A DNA stretch of 20,000 nucleotides from an uncultured virus (IMG/VR IMGVR_UViG_2660238363_000004). Lineage: Duplodnaviria > Heunggongvirae > Uroviricota > Caudoviricetes. The DNA lies in the IMG/VR virus record IMGVR_UViG_2660238363_000004. The stretch is one strand, 5' to 3'. Made by a program: the position numbers and the translations under genes. Of this stretch, positions 1 through 8,454 are shown piece by piece; positions within the stretch are counted from its first letter, which is position 1; each line of letters opens with the position of its first letter. The notes below the pieces were generated by a model that did no database searches, was not told where the DNA came from, and saw only the letters and a list, made by a program, of their open reading frames with translations.

Positions 1-98
1 AACTGGCAGCCGCATGGCTACCAGGGGTTCGGGTTCTTCATCCATGGCCTGTGGAGCGGTTCACCGCCAGACACCCGAGGCAGGAGCCCGGTGCGTAA
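1..98 (+). CDS. ltrA: C-terminus of group II intron reverse transcriptase/maturase (5'-partial)
   Basis: The frame starting at nt 3 reads LAAAWLPGVRVLHPWPVERFTARHPRQEPGA* (TAA 96-98). The WLP..R.LHPWP..RF...HPR.EP pattern is the characteristic class E intron-encoded protein C-terminus running into domain V. Not in the supplied ORF track. Confidence 0.85.
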   Translation, partial: LAAAWLPGVRVLHPWPVERFTARHPRQEPGA

Positions 99-156
99 AT
101 CGCGCACGCCGGGATCTGTGCGGGGGGTATCCGGTAACGGGTATCCCTACCGCGAC
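1..156 (+). mobile_element. 3' end of a group II intron (bacterial class E-like, IIB): domain V (84-116) and domain VI (~122-151), 3' splice site at ~156
   Basis: GAGCCCGGTGCG-TAAATCG-CGCACGCCGGGATC is a domain V hairpin with the AGC catalytic triad at 85-87. GGGGGGTATCCG-GTAA-CGGGTATCCCT-A-CC is domain VI with a bulged A at 149. The terminus CCCTACCGCGAC ends in AY, as typical of this class. Confidence 0.9.
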
Positions 157-175
157 GTTTATCGGAGGGAAGAAC

Positions 176-415
176 ATGCTTCGACAGTCAGACATCGCCG
201 CGGCTTTCCGAGAGTCGGTATTGCGCAACGCCAAAGGCTACCAGTACCTGCACACCCGCGACTTCGTTACCGCGCTGCGCCAGCATGGCATCCACTTTTC
301 TGAGGTGGAAGCTAACGCCTGGATCGCGCGAGAGCAAACGTATTTCGTCGATAAGACGCCTGACCATAGCGAAAACAGGTTGTGGATGATGGCCAACATG
401 GGGAGGGTTCTGTAA
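176..415 (+). CDS. Small prophage protein (79 aa) usually encoded upstream of humD/umuD-like genes (often annotated 'DNA polymerase V'-associated)
   Basis: GGAGG SD before ATG 176; MLRQSDIAAAFRESV...ENRLWMM; stop overlaps the next start (TAATG 413-417). Confidence 0.7.
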   Translation: MLRQSDIAAAFRESVLRNAKGYQYLHTRDFVTALRQHGIHFSEVEANAWIAREQTYFVDKTPDHSENRLWMMANMGRVL

Positions 416-732
416 TGGGCTTTCCATCACCGGCGACGGACTACACGGAACAGCGATTAACGGTTAACTCGATCTGCAATGTCGGTCCAAATACGCTCGT
501 CTTCGAGCAATCTGGCGGTTACGTTGTGCTGGATATCTCCCTGAAGCCAAAGCAGGGAAGCCAGCTGCTTATCCAGCACGGTGGCGGGACGGAACTTGCC
601 ACGCTGAGAGGAAAGTCACTGATAACCGATGATGGCGAAGCGATCGAGGGGGATGCTCTGGACGATGTCACTGTCGTCGGTGTCGTGACATTTACTATCT
701 GCGATGTGCGCCATGACAACGCGGTTGTTTAG
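415..732 (+). CDS. UmuD/HumD-like (S24-related) prophage protein, apparently lacking the catalytic Ser motif
   Basis: Starts with MGFPSPATDY (UmuD cleavage-region motif GFPSPA.DY) and ends with V.GVVT; translationally coupled to the upstream gene. Confidence 0.75.
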   Translation: MGFPSPATDYTEQRLTVNSICNVGPNTLVFEQSGGYVVLDISLKPKQGSQLLIQHGGGTELATLRGKSLITDDGEAIEGDALDDVTVVGVVTFTICDVRHDNAVV

Positions 733-765
733 TTGCTGTCGATGAGGGAAAGAGCACGTGGCGGC

Positions 766-840
766 TGTGTCGTAGATGTGGCGTGACAGGAATGCACGAT
801 AAATACAGGGATGTATTCAAACGACACGAAACGACACAAA
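766..840. repeat. Arm-type integrase binding repeats of the left prophage att
   Basis: TGTGTCGT (766-773) and TGTGGCGT (777-784), plus inverted tandem ACGACACGAA/ACGACACAAA (821-840), lying 60-130 bp from the tRNA-derived core. Confidence 0.55.
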
Positions 841-899
841 ACCGGATGCGAACGCGGAAAACATGTGTGATTACAGTGTGTTATTTAACGCTCTACTTT

Positions 900-944
900 C
901 TTCTAAGCCGTAGGTCACAGGTTCGAATCCTGTAGGGCGTACCA
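900..944 (+). other. att core: 3' half of tRNA-Arg(UCU) (argU-like), from anticodon loop to CCA; attR of the left prophage and attL region of the downstream satellite
   Basis: CTTCTAAGCCGTAGGTCACAGGTTCGAATCCTGTAGGGCGTACCA contains the TCT anticodon loop, GGTTCGAATCC T-loop and CCA. No D-arm or 5' acceptor strand lies upstream. Confidence 0.88.
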
Positions 945-1057
945 TTCTCACTTCTCTTAACGTCTCCTGAAGTCTACTAAATCCAGCATGCACGCGGTAT
1001 TCGCCAATATCTCATTATCTCAACGTCTACTATGGTCTATTGAAATCCACATTCATG

Positions 1058-1108
1058 TGGGGGTACATTTGGGGGTAGATTCCTGTTCAATGAAATGAGA
1101 TACCCCCA
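1058..1108. repeat. P4-type integrase arm/autoregulatory repeats
   Basis: TGGGGGTA direct repeats at 1058-1065 and 1070-1077, with inverted TACCCCCA at 1101-1108 immediately before the int ATG. Confidence 0.65.
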
Positions 1109-1110
1109 AA

Positions 1111-2325
1111 ATGAAGCTCACAGCCCGCCAGGTCGACACATCCAAGCCTAAGGACAAACCCTATAAGCTGTCTGATGGTGGCGGTCTTTACCTGTTGGTG
1201 AACCCCAATGGCTCGCGATACTGGCGCCTGAAGTACCGCATCGCTGGTAAAGAGAAACTACTGGCGTTGGGGGTATATCCTGATATCACTTTGGCGGAAG
1301 CCAGACAGAAACGCGCGGATGCAAAAAAGGTTCTCGCTGCTGGTGGTGATCCAGGGCAGGAGAAGCAGGAAGAGAAACAAGCGAAAGAGCAGGCCGTGGC
1401 AAACAGCTTTGAGCGCCTGGCGATGGAATGGCATTCCCATAAAAGCACATCGTGGTCAGAAGGCTATGCCGAGCATCTCCTGATGTACCTGAAGAAGGAT
1501 ATCTTCCCCTTCATCGGGCAAAAGGCGATTACGGATATCAGCCAGGTTGAAATGCTTAACGTCCTGCGAAAGATGGAACAACGCGGCGTTCTGGATAAAC
1601 TCAAGAAAACCCGTCAGGCCTGCCGGCAGATATTCACCTACGCCATTATTACCGGTAGAGCTGAGCACAACCCTGTATCCGATCTGGCTGGCGCGCTGAA
1701 GTCGCCCAAGCAACAGCACTACCCACACCTTTTAGTCGACCAGATCCCGGATTTTCTCCGTGCGCTAAGTGAATACAGCGGTAGCACAATCACCCGCAAC
1801 GCCACCCGACTGTTAATGCTTACCGGGCTCAGGACAATTGAGCTCCGTGCCTCTGAATGGGTTGATATCGACTTTGACAAAGGCGTTTGGAATATCTCCG
1901 CAGAGCGAATGAAGATGCGGCGCCCACATCTCGTGCCTCTCTCGAGCCAGGTTCGCGAGTTGCTGGAAGAGATCCGCCAGCTTACCGGGCGAGGGAAGTA
2001 TGTTTTCCCCGGACGGAATGATGCCAGCAAGCCAATGAGTGAGGCCAGCATTAACCAGGTGATTAAACGAATCGGTTATGACGGTAAAGCGACCGGGCAC
2101 GGCTTCCGCCACACCATGAGTACCATCCTCCATGAACAGGGATATAACACCGCCTGGATTGAAACGCAGTTGGCCCACGTCGATAAGAACTCAATCCGCG
2201 GGACGTACAACCACGCTCAGTATCTGGACGGCCGGCGGGAAATGCTCCAGTGGTATGCCGACTATATGGCGGCGCTTGAGAACGGTGAAAATATGGTTCA
2301 TGGCTCGTTCGGGAAACGTGCCTGA
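1111..2325 (+). CDS. int: P4-family tyrosine integrase
   Basis: N-terminal arm-binding motif (KPYKLSDGGGLYLLV.PNGSRYWR); catalytic residues in TGLR, MKMRRPH, HGFR, LAH and GTYN. Confidence 0.97.
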   Translation: MKLTARQVDTSKPKDKPYKLSDGGGLYLLVNPNGSRYWRLKYRIAGKEKLLALGVYPDITLAEARQKRADAKKVLAAGGDPGQEKQEEKQAKEQAVANSFERLAMEWHSHKSTSWSEGYAEHLLMYLKKDIFPFIGQKAITDISQVEMLNVLRKMEQRGVLDKLKKTRQACRQIFTYAIITGRAEHNPVSDLAGALKSPKQQHYPHLLVDQIPDFLRALSEYSGSTITRNATRLLMLTGLRTIELRASEWVDIDFDKGVWNISAERMKMRRPHLVPLSSQVRELLEEIRQLTGRGKYVFPGRNDASKPMSEASINQVIKRIGYDGKATGHGFRHTMSTILHEQGYNTAWIETQLAHVDKNSIRGTYNHAQYLDGRREMLQWYADYMAALENGENMVHGSFGKRA

Positions 2326-2384
2326 CTGGATGCATAGACAGTATATGCAGACGATAGTAGACTTAGGTAGACGAACAAAGAATA

Positions 2385-2440
2385 GGCTATGTCTAGGCTG
2401 ATCCCCGAAAACCCGTACACCTCTGCGGGCTGGCATAGCC
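2385..2440 (+). ncRNA. Structured element resembling the int-alpA RNA motif
   Basis: Outer stem GGCTATGTC/GGCATAGCC encloses GGCTGATCCCCGAAAA and an inner hairpin CCCGTA-CACCTC-TGCGGG; it lies between int and alpA. Motif name is from recall. Confidence 0.6.
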
Positions 2441-2469
2441 GCCAAAATCAGAGGGCGTGAGGTGGCGTT

Positions 2470-3228
2470 ATGGTCGTGTCTGTCGCGCAGTTATTGGCAG
2501 AGAAAAATAGTGTTATTTCTTTCTCGGATACAGTTTCCTTTATATTAGAAGACAATGATTTTCTAAATTTTCATGATGTTGTTCAGTTTATTTATAGGAA
2601 TTTCAATCTTGTAAGTGATGATGTTTCTAATTGCTTGGCAAGTTGTTCTTACGATAGAGTTAAAGGAGTGTCTGAGTCTGATGAGATTGCAGCAGAAAGC
2701 CTCGAGACATTAGAGTACTTGATATCATCAAACTGGATATCAGGTATAGAAAATGAAGGGCAAGGTGGATATTTTTCTATTTATAATAACGAAGGGTATG
2801 AAAATGGTTCGCGTAAGGACTTTTTCTTTCGTAAGAATGAATTGATTCATGTGCTTACTACTGCCGGGATTACATTCAGATTTAATGAACAACTTGATAA
2901 TGAAAATTCAGCAGAAAGCAGTGTGCAGGAATATGAAAAGAGAATTAAAATATTATCGGATGAAAATAAAAAATTAAAAAGCGAAGTTGATGAACTAAGG
3001 CATGATAATCCCAAGTATCTTGGTGTGTTTAGAGACGACGATCCATTATTAATTGCTATCAACATAAGGAATGTTGAGTGGGAATTATTTGATGAGAATA
3101 ATGCTCGAGTCACGACGCCATCTGCAGATTATGTAATCGAGAAGTTGAAAGAGCAATATGGAATGTCACATGCACTTGCTAGTGCCATTGAAAGAGTTGC
3201 CTGCCCAATTGTTAGAAAGGCGTCTTAG
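2470..3228 (+). CDS. Hypothetical AT-rich protein (252 aa) with a coiled coil, between int and alpA
   Basis: Uninterrupted ORF with GAGGT SD; markedly AT-rich compared with int; heptad-like stretch YEKRIKILSDENKKLKSEVDEL. Confidence 0.8.
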   Translation: MVVSVAQLLAEKNSVISFSDTVSFILEDNDFLNFHDVVQFIYRNFNLVSDDVSNCLASCSYDRVKGVSESDEIAAESLETLEYLISSNWISGIENEGQGGYFSIYNNEGYENGSRKDFFFRKNELIHVLTTAGITFRFNEQLDNENSAESSVQEYEKRIKILSDENKKLKSEVDELRHDNPKYLGVFRDDDPLLIAINIRNVEWELFDENNARVTTPSADYVIEKLKEQYGMSHALASAIERVACPIVRKAS

Positions 3229-3300
3229 TTCGTTTGAGTACCACCATGAGTCATGATGTATCATAGATGTCAGTCCTTGATACATATCTCACATATCAAT

Positions 3301-3427
3301 CTACCCTAACCCATAGGGTAGAATAACTCAATAAATCAGCCACCTACCTTAACCCTAAGGGTGAAATCTATCCTGAGTCCCTTACCCTCAGGGTAAAATG
3401 TACCTAAATACCCTTAACCCTAAGGAT
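3301..3427. promoter_or_regulatory. Cluster of four ACCCT..AGGG palindromic operator-like sites upstream of alpA
   Basis: CTACCCTA-ACCCA-TAGGGTAG (3301-3321), CCTTAACCCTAAGGG (~3347-3361), TTACCCTCAGGGTAA (~3382-3396), CCCTTAACCCTAAGG (3411-3425). Confidence 0.6.
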
Positions 3428-3494
3428 ATAAAAACATCGTCTTTTTTATGCAATGATATACCTCGTAAACCGCAATAGACGTTACGAGGTAAAT

Positions 3495-3695
3495 ATGGCT
3501 CAGTCATTGATAAGATTTTCTGAAGTACAACGAAGAACTGGATATAGTAAAGCGTGGTTATATCGCCTCATGGAGCAGAACCGATTTCCTTCTGCAATAA
3601 AAATTGGTTCGCGCTCAATTGCTTTCATCGAAAGTGAAATAGATGATTGGATTAATCAACGTATTGCTGAGTCACGCGGTGAGTTGTCCGAATAA
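3495..3695 (+). CDS. alpA: AlpA family transcriptional regulator/excisionase
   Basis: LIRFSEVQRRTGYSKAWLYRLM...FP..IKIG.RSIAF.ESEIDDWI is a classic AlpA sequence; GAGGT SD before ATG 3495. Confidence 0.95.
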   Translation: MAQSLIRFSEVQRRTGYSKAWLYRLMEQNRFPSAIKIGSRSIAFIESEIDDWINQRIAESRGELSE

Positions 3696-3790
3696 TTAAA
3701 GAGTAACATGGACTTTTCTGTGGGGCTGGTGGTGTTGCAGAAAGATAGTGTGAATATTTAATTCTCTACTGTGTAGCGGAGCGAGGATAA

Positions 3791-4393
3791 ATGAAAACTG
3801 AAAAATTCAGATTCAATTCTGAGGGCGTCTCTCAGCCTGTGGCTAGCCAGAAAAATATATTCAAGGCTGAAGTGAATGATATTTCAGTCATTAAATTCGA
3901 GAGGCATTCCGTGCGCATTGTGAATGTCGATGGTGAACCGTGGTTTGTCGTTTCTGACGTTTGCCAGGCCCTAGAAATTAGCAACCCAACCAGTGCTGTT
4001 ACTTCTTTGGATTTCGATGAGGTAATGACCCTAACTTTAAATGAGGGGCATTCAGGTAAGCGTGGCGGAGCACGTAGTTGGAATATGGCCGCTGAGTCAG
4101 GTTTCTACAAACTGATCGCTCGCAGTCGCAAGGCCACCACTCCCGGCACGTTCGCCCACCGCTTCAGCAACTGGGTATTCCGCGAGGTTGTGCCTTCTAT
4201 CCGTAAAACTGGCTCCTACGGTGTGCCGTTCGCGCTCCTTAATGACCATACCCGCCGCAAAGAGCTTTACACGAAGAGGGCCAGCCGGTGCGGTAAAGAC
4301 CTTCAGTCATGCAAAGGTGAGAAAGCTCGCCTGGCCGCCGAAGAAATCGAGCTGTGGCGTAAGTATCAACCTGACTTGCTGGAGGTTCATTAA
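3791..4393 (+). CDS. Bro-N domain antirepressor-like protein
   Basis: VRIVNVDGEPWFVVSDVCQALEISN...ESGFYKLIARSRK...F.NWVFREVVPSIRKTGSY matches the Bro-N signature. Confidence 0.9.
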   Translation: MKTEKFRFNSEGVSQPVASQKNIFKAEVNDISVIKFERHSVRIVNVDGEPWFVVSDVCQALEISNPTSAVTSLDFDEVMTLTLNEGHSGKRGGARSWNMAAESGFYKLIARSRKATTPGTFAHRFSNWVFREVVPSIRKTGSYGVPFALLNDHTRRKELYTKRASRCGKDLQSCKGEKARLAAEEIELWRKYQPDLLEVH

Positions 4394-4572
4394 TGGCTAA
4401 TTCCACCAGCACACCGTTGCCAAATCACGCATATCACGACGCGCAGGGCCAGACGGTGAGCGTCGTCTCTGTAGCGCACAACCGCGTGACGTTCTATCGC
4501 GAGGGCTACCAGTTCCCTTGCGTACAGACCATTGACCGATTCATGAAGGAGTACGTGGAGGTGAAACAATGA
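4393..4572 (+). CDS. DUF4222-like small protein (59 aa)
   Basis: My translation: MANSTSTPLPNHAYHDAQGQTVSVVSVAHNRVTFYREGYQFPCVQTIDRFMKEYVEVKQ. TAATG and ATGA overlaps with both neighbours; below the ORF-track cutoff. Confidence 0.8.
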   Translation: MANSTSTPLPNHAYHDAQGQTVSVVSVAHNRVTFYREGYQFPCVQTIDRFMKEYVEVKQ

Positions 4573-5306
4573 TTACTAGTATCCAAGGTAATAGCCTCTC
4601 TATGGCTGGCCTGTTAGCAAATGTTAGCACTTTGCGAGTGCTGCGAAGCCACGGGAATCTGTCGAAACCTGTCACTTTGCGGGTCACTGAAGGTGGTGCG
4701 CAAAATGCCGGGTGGAATTTCTGGAATAGGAATAGCGATTCCTTTAACACCTGCAGTAAAAATTTTTGCGAGTCCATAAAAAATGGCTTGATGTTCTACG
4801 TCATCCAGGTCTATGGTTATTGTGCACCAGCAAAATCTGGTGCCGGGATTGGCGTCTCGGAGAGTTTACAGGCGACCTATGACGCGCCATGCGTCTTTTT
4901 TTGTGTCGTTAATTCAGTACACCCTTTTTTCTGCGTTGCGGGTATAATCCGCGTCGCTCACAAAATAATGGTGGGCTGGATGGGGGCGGAGAAATCCGCG
5001 CCGGTTTCCTGTAACGCCGGTTACGCCAACCCTGTTCAGTCCACCACCAGCGAAATTGGCGTTTCCGGTGGTGGGTTTCAGACCCAGTTACAGGAGGCTG
5101 CCACCATGGCTACTACCCCTACCCCTACCCAAAATCCACAATTTATCTGGATCATCGCTGCTATACGACGTGATAGCCAATTCGTCACTGTAAAAATCTT
5201 CCACGTTACCGCAGTCTCTGAACGCGAAGCCCGTCGCACTTTAGTGCGTGATCATATTTGTTTTTTCGCTGGCCGCATCCGTCTGACGGAGGTGGATCAT
5301 GCGTAA
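4569..5306 (+). CDS. Ash-family / Icd-like host cell division inhibitor ORF; probable internal icd start at ATG 5106
   Basis: APAKSGAGIGV, AP.VFFCV, MVGWMGA..SAPVS..AGYANPVQSTT.EIGVSGGG (Ash-like), then MATTP...SEREARRTL.RDHICFFAGRI (Icd-like). AGGAGG SD precedes the in-frame ATG 5106. Confidence 0.8.
   Translation: MITSIQGNSLSMAGLLANVSTLRVLRSHGNLSKPVTLRVTEGGAQNAGWNFWNRNSDSFNTCSKNFCESIKNGLMFYVIQVYGYCAPAKSGAGIGVSESLQATYDAPCVFFCVVNSVHPFFCVAGIIRVAHKIMVGWMGAEKSAPVSCNAGYANPVQSTTSEIGVSGGGFQTQLQEAATMATTPTPTQNPQFIWIIAAIRRDSQFVTVKIFHVTAVSEREARRTLVRDHICFFAGRIRLTEVDHA
4968..5048 (+). ncRNA. c4/CI-type antisense immunity RNA with flanking target sites
   Basis: Long stem ATGGTGGGCTGGATGGGG...CCCTGTTCAGTCCACCA with inner hairpins. 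Loop ACGCCAA (5023-5029) is complementary to TTGGCGT at 4849-4855 and 5056-5062. A candidate promoter TTGATG..TATGGT lies at ~4788-4817. Confidence 0.7.
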
Positions 5307-5520
5307 TAACTGCCTCCCTACAGCGATCGCCGAGAAGCCTTATCTACTCGATGAACTCACCTACGAAACAGAATGTGTGTTGGCAATCCTAAGAACAATT
5401 AATGATGTCAGCGATCCACACACCAAAAGCCACCTCGTAGACTCCGCCGAACTTATTGGTACTCAGTTGTTGAAAAAGCTAGAGCACAACGCACGTCTGG
5501 AAGATGGTGATTGCGAATGA
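5299..5520 (+). CDS. Hypothetical protein (73 aa)
   Basis: GGAGG SD; overlaps the upstream icd stop and the downstream primase start (ATGA 5517-5520). Confidence 0.7.
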   Translation: MRNNCLPTAIAEKPYLLDELTYETECVLAILRTINDVSDPHTKSHLVDSAELIGTQLLKKLEHNARLEDGDCE

Positions 5521-8273
5521 AAAATATCGACCTCATCCGTGAAGTTACCCAAGCTGCAGCAGATCGCTGGCCTACGGTTCTGGCTGGGCTGCATATCGAT
5601 GTGCCTGATTCACCGCGTCGGCACGGCCCGTGCCCGGCCTGCGGCGGTTCGGATCGCTTTCGTTTCGATGATGGTGGCCGTGGCAGCTTTATCTGTAACC
5701 AATGCGGCGCCGGTGATGGTCTTGACCTAATCAGAAAGGTGAACAAATGTGATACCACGGAGGCCGCCAGACTGGCGGCGGAGGTTCTGGGTATTGATTA
5801 CCGGGTAGATGAACGCAACGAGGAAGCCGTCCGCCAGCGCCGGGAGCAGATGGAGGCTGAACGCCAGCAAAGGGAGCAGGTTCGCCAGCAGAAGGCATCA
5901 GAGGAAGCTGAGCAGCGCCAGTCTGTGTTTGTGGGCCACTGGCAGAGGCTCACAAATGCGGCCGCATCCGGAGAAAGCCAATACCTGACAGGGAAAGAAC
6001 TAAGCGGATTCACGTTCCCGATCCTGGCGGACGGCAGCTTGCTGCTGTCGCTGGTGGACGATACCGGCACAGTAACAGCTGCGCAGACCATTACACCACA
6101 GGGTGAAAAACGTCTTCTGACCGGCTCGGCGAAGCGAGGTGCATACCATGCTGTAAACGTAGCAGACGCACCGCAGAGTGTTTTAATTGCTGAAGGGCTG
6201 GCAACAGCCTTATCTGTCCATCTGATACGCCCGGAAGCACTGACGGTATGCGCCATAGACGCTGGCAACCTGCAGCCCGTCGCCCAGGCCATGCATCAGC
6301 GTTACCCGAATGCGCAGATCATCATTGCTGCCGACAACGATATTAAGCCCGGAGAGCCAAATACAGGCAAAGACGCTGCGGAGAAAGCTGCAAAGGCCGT
6401 CTCTGGATGGGTGGCTTTACCACCAACGGTGGAAAAGGCCGACTGGAACGACTACCACCAGCAGCATGGCCTAGAAGCCGCTACAACGGCGTTTAAGAAT
6501 TCGATGTATCAACCGCAGGAGCCTGAAGTGTCCGCGAAACTGCAAGTGATCAACGGAGGGAAGAAGGGCGCATCAAAACCTGAATCCCTGCGACCTCATG
6601 TCGAAAGCCGTGTTGACGGTGTTTATTGGGTTGAGCCCAAATCAGACAAAGATACCGGGGAAATCATCAGCCGTGAAAGCTGGTTGTGCTCTGCTCTGGA
6701 GGTTGTCGGTATTGGCATTGATGACAGTAAAACCCGGTATTTGATCCTGCGCTGGCAGGCATTAGGTTCGAAGGGGGACACCGTCCAGGCGATACCACTT
6801 GCTGATATCGGTGAGCGTGAGGGATGGCGAACGCTCAAGTCGGGTGGGGTAAACGTCACAACCAAAAGCGGTTTACGTGCAACGCTAGCCGACTGGCTGC
6901 AGAGCTGTGCCAATGGAGAGGTATGGCGCATTGCGCATGCTACGGGCTGGCAGTGTGGCGCCTATATCATGCCCGATGGTGAGATCATAGGTACGCCAGA
7001 ACAACCTGTGCTGTTTAACGGGCGGAGTTCTGCCGCGTCCGGATACAGCACCAGCGGTACTGTTGAGAGCTGGCGGGAGAGTGTAGGGCGTCTGGCCTTT
7101 GGCAACTATTCGATGATGACTGGCGTGTCCGCAGCGCTGGCAGCTCCTTTGATTGGCCTTGCTGGTGCGGATGGATTCGGTATCCACCTCTACGAACAGT
7201 CGAGTGCCGGTAAGACCACCACAGCGAATGTAGCCTCCAGTCTTTACGGCAACCCGGATATGCTACGTCTCACTTGGTACGGCACTGCGCTGGGACTGGC
7301 GAATGAAGCTGCCGCACACAACGACGCGCTGATGCCGCTAGACGAAATCGGCCAAGGCGCTGATCCGGTGGAGGTCTACAAATCTGCCTACGCGCTATTT
7401 AATGGTACGGGTAAGCTGCAGGGTGCGAAGGAGGGAGGGAATCGTGATCTGAAGCGCTGGCGTACTGTGGCCATCAGTACCGGTGAGATGGATCTGGAAA
7501 CATTCATCGCCAGTGCCGGCCGTAAGGCTAAAGCGGGCCAGCTGGTTCGCCTGCTGAATGTTCCGATGCGTCGGGCAGTACGCTTCCATGAGCATGCCAA
7601 TGGTAAACACCACGCCGATGCCCTCAAAGATGCGTACCAGCATCACCACGGAGTAGCCGGGCGTGAGTGGGTGAAATGGCTAGCTGACCACCAGCAAGAG
7701 GCGGTAAGTGCTGTCAGGGCAGCGGAAGAGCGCTGGCGTAGCCTGATCCCATCGGATTACGGGGAGCAGGTCCATCGTGTCGGTGCCCGGTTTGCCATTC
7801 TGGAAGCCGCACTATTGTTAGGTAAAGTGATCACCGGCTGGGATGAGCAGACGTGTCGGGATGCTATTCAGTACAGCTATAACGCCTGGCTGCGTGAATT
7901 TGGGACCGGAAACAAAGAACATCAGCAGATTATCGATCAGACCGAGGCATTCCTGAACGCCTACGGCATGAGCCGTTTTGCGCCGTTTCCTTATGACCCA
8001 TCCAGTCTGCCAATATCCAACATGGCGGGATACCGGCAGAAAGGTGGTCACGAGTCTGACCCAATGGTGTTCTACACCTTCCCCGCAGCCTTCGAAGGGG
8101 AGATTGCCCGCGGCTTTAATGCTCGTCAGTTTGCCGAAGTACTGAAGAAAGCTGGCATGCTAACGCCTCCGACGTCAGGCCGGGGGTTCCAGAGAAAGTC
8201 ACCACGCATTGATGGGCGACAGATTCGGGTTTATGTCCTGCAGTATTTGCCGGACGATGACCAATCAGAGTAA
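5517..8273 (+). CDS. Primase-helicase replication initiator (P4-alpha-type Zn ribbon + TOPRIM + DUF927 helicase)
   Basis: CPACGGSDRFRFDD...CNQC zinc ribbon; IAEGLATA and IAADND TOPRIM motifs; DWND; Walker A-like YEQSSAGKTT and Walker B LMPLDE. Confidence 0.93.
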   Translation: MKNIDLIREVTQAAADRWPTVLAGLHIDVPDSPRRHGPCPACGGSDRFRFDDGGRGSFICNQCGAGDGLDLIRKVNKCDTTEAARLAAEVLGIDYRVDERNEEAVRQRREQMEAERQQREQVRQQKASEEAEQRQSVFVGHWQRLTNAAASGESQYLTGKELSGFTFPILADGSLLLSLVDDTGTVTAAQTITPQGEKRLLTGSAKRGAYHAVNVADAPQSVLIAEGLATALSVHLIRPEALTVCAIDAGNLQPVAQAMHQRYPNAQIIIAADNDIKPGEPNTGKDAAEKAAKAVSGWVALPPTVEKADWNDYHQQHGLEAATTAFKNSMYQPQEPEVSAKLQVINGGKKGASKPESLRPHVESRVDGVYWVEPKSDKDTGEIISRESWLCSALEVVGIGIDDSKTRYLILRWQALGSKGDTVQAIPLADIGEREGWRTLKSGGVNVTTKSGLRATLADWLQSCANGEVWRIAHATGWQCGAYIMPDGEIIGTPEQPVLFNGRSSAASGYSTSGTVESWRESVGRLAFGNYSMMTGVSAALAAPLIGLAGADGFGIHLYEQSSAGKTTTANVASSLYGNPDMLRLTWYGTALGLANEAAAHNDALMPLDEIGQGADPVEVYKSAYALFNGTGKLQGAKEGGNRDLKRWRTVAISTGEMDLETFIASAGRKAKAGQLVRLLNVPMRRAVRFHEHANGKHHADALKDAYQHHHGVAGREWVKWLADHQQEAVSAVRAAEERWRSLIPSDYGEQVHRVGARFAILEAALLLGKVITGWDEQTCRDAIQYSYNAWLREFGTGNKEHQQIIDQTEAFLNAYGMSRFAPFPYDPSSLPISNMAGYRQKGGHESDPMVFYTFPAAFEGEIARGFNARQFAEVLKKAGMLTPPTSGRGFQRKSPRIDGRQIRVYVLQYLPDDDQSE

Positions 8274-8302
8274 AAGCATTCTTTCATGTGTGTAGTTTAG
8301 GT

Positions 8303-8413
8303 GTTGGTTCAGTTGGTTCAGTTGCCTCAGTAGTTATATATATCTGTTTAATAAGGTTTCATGTTTGAAAATTGAACCAACATTGAGGCAACAAACCACC
8401 ATTTTGAACCAAC
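8303..8413. repeat. Putative replication origin with inverted iteron arrays around an AT-rich spacer
   Basis: GTTGGTTCA x2 and GTTGCCTCA (8303-8329) face TGAACCAAC (8373-8381), TGAGGCAAC (8384-8392) and TGAACCAAC (8405-8413), directly after the primase gene. Confidence 0.75.
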
Positions 8414-8454
8414 ACTGAATCAGGTACAGGGCATCAGAAGAGAGGATCACAGCG

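Noticed and set aside
14..175. N-terminal extension of ORF 14..415 and ORF 91..303
   Set aside because: They overlap intron domains V/VI and the RT C-terminus in another frame; the SD-supported start is 176.
868..944. Intact tRNA-Arg gene
   Set aside because: Only the 3' half is present; the upstream sequence cannot form the D-arm or acceptor stem.
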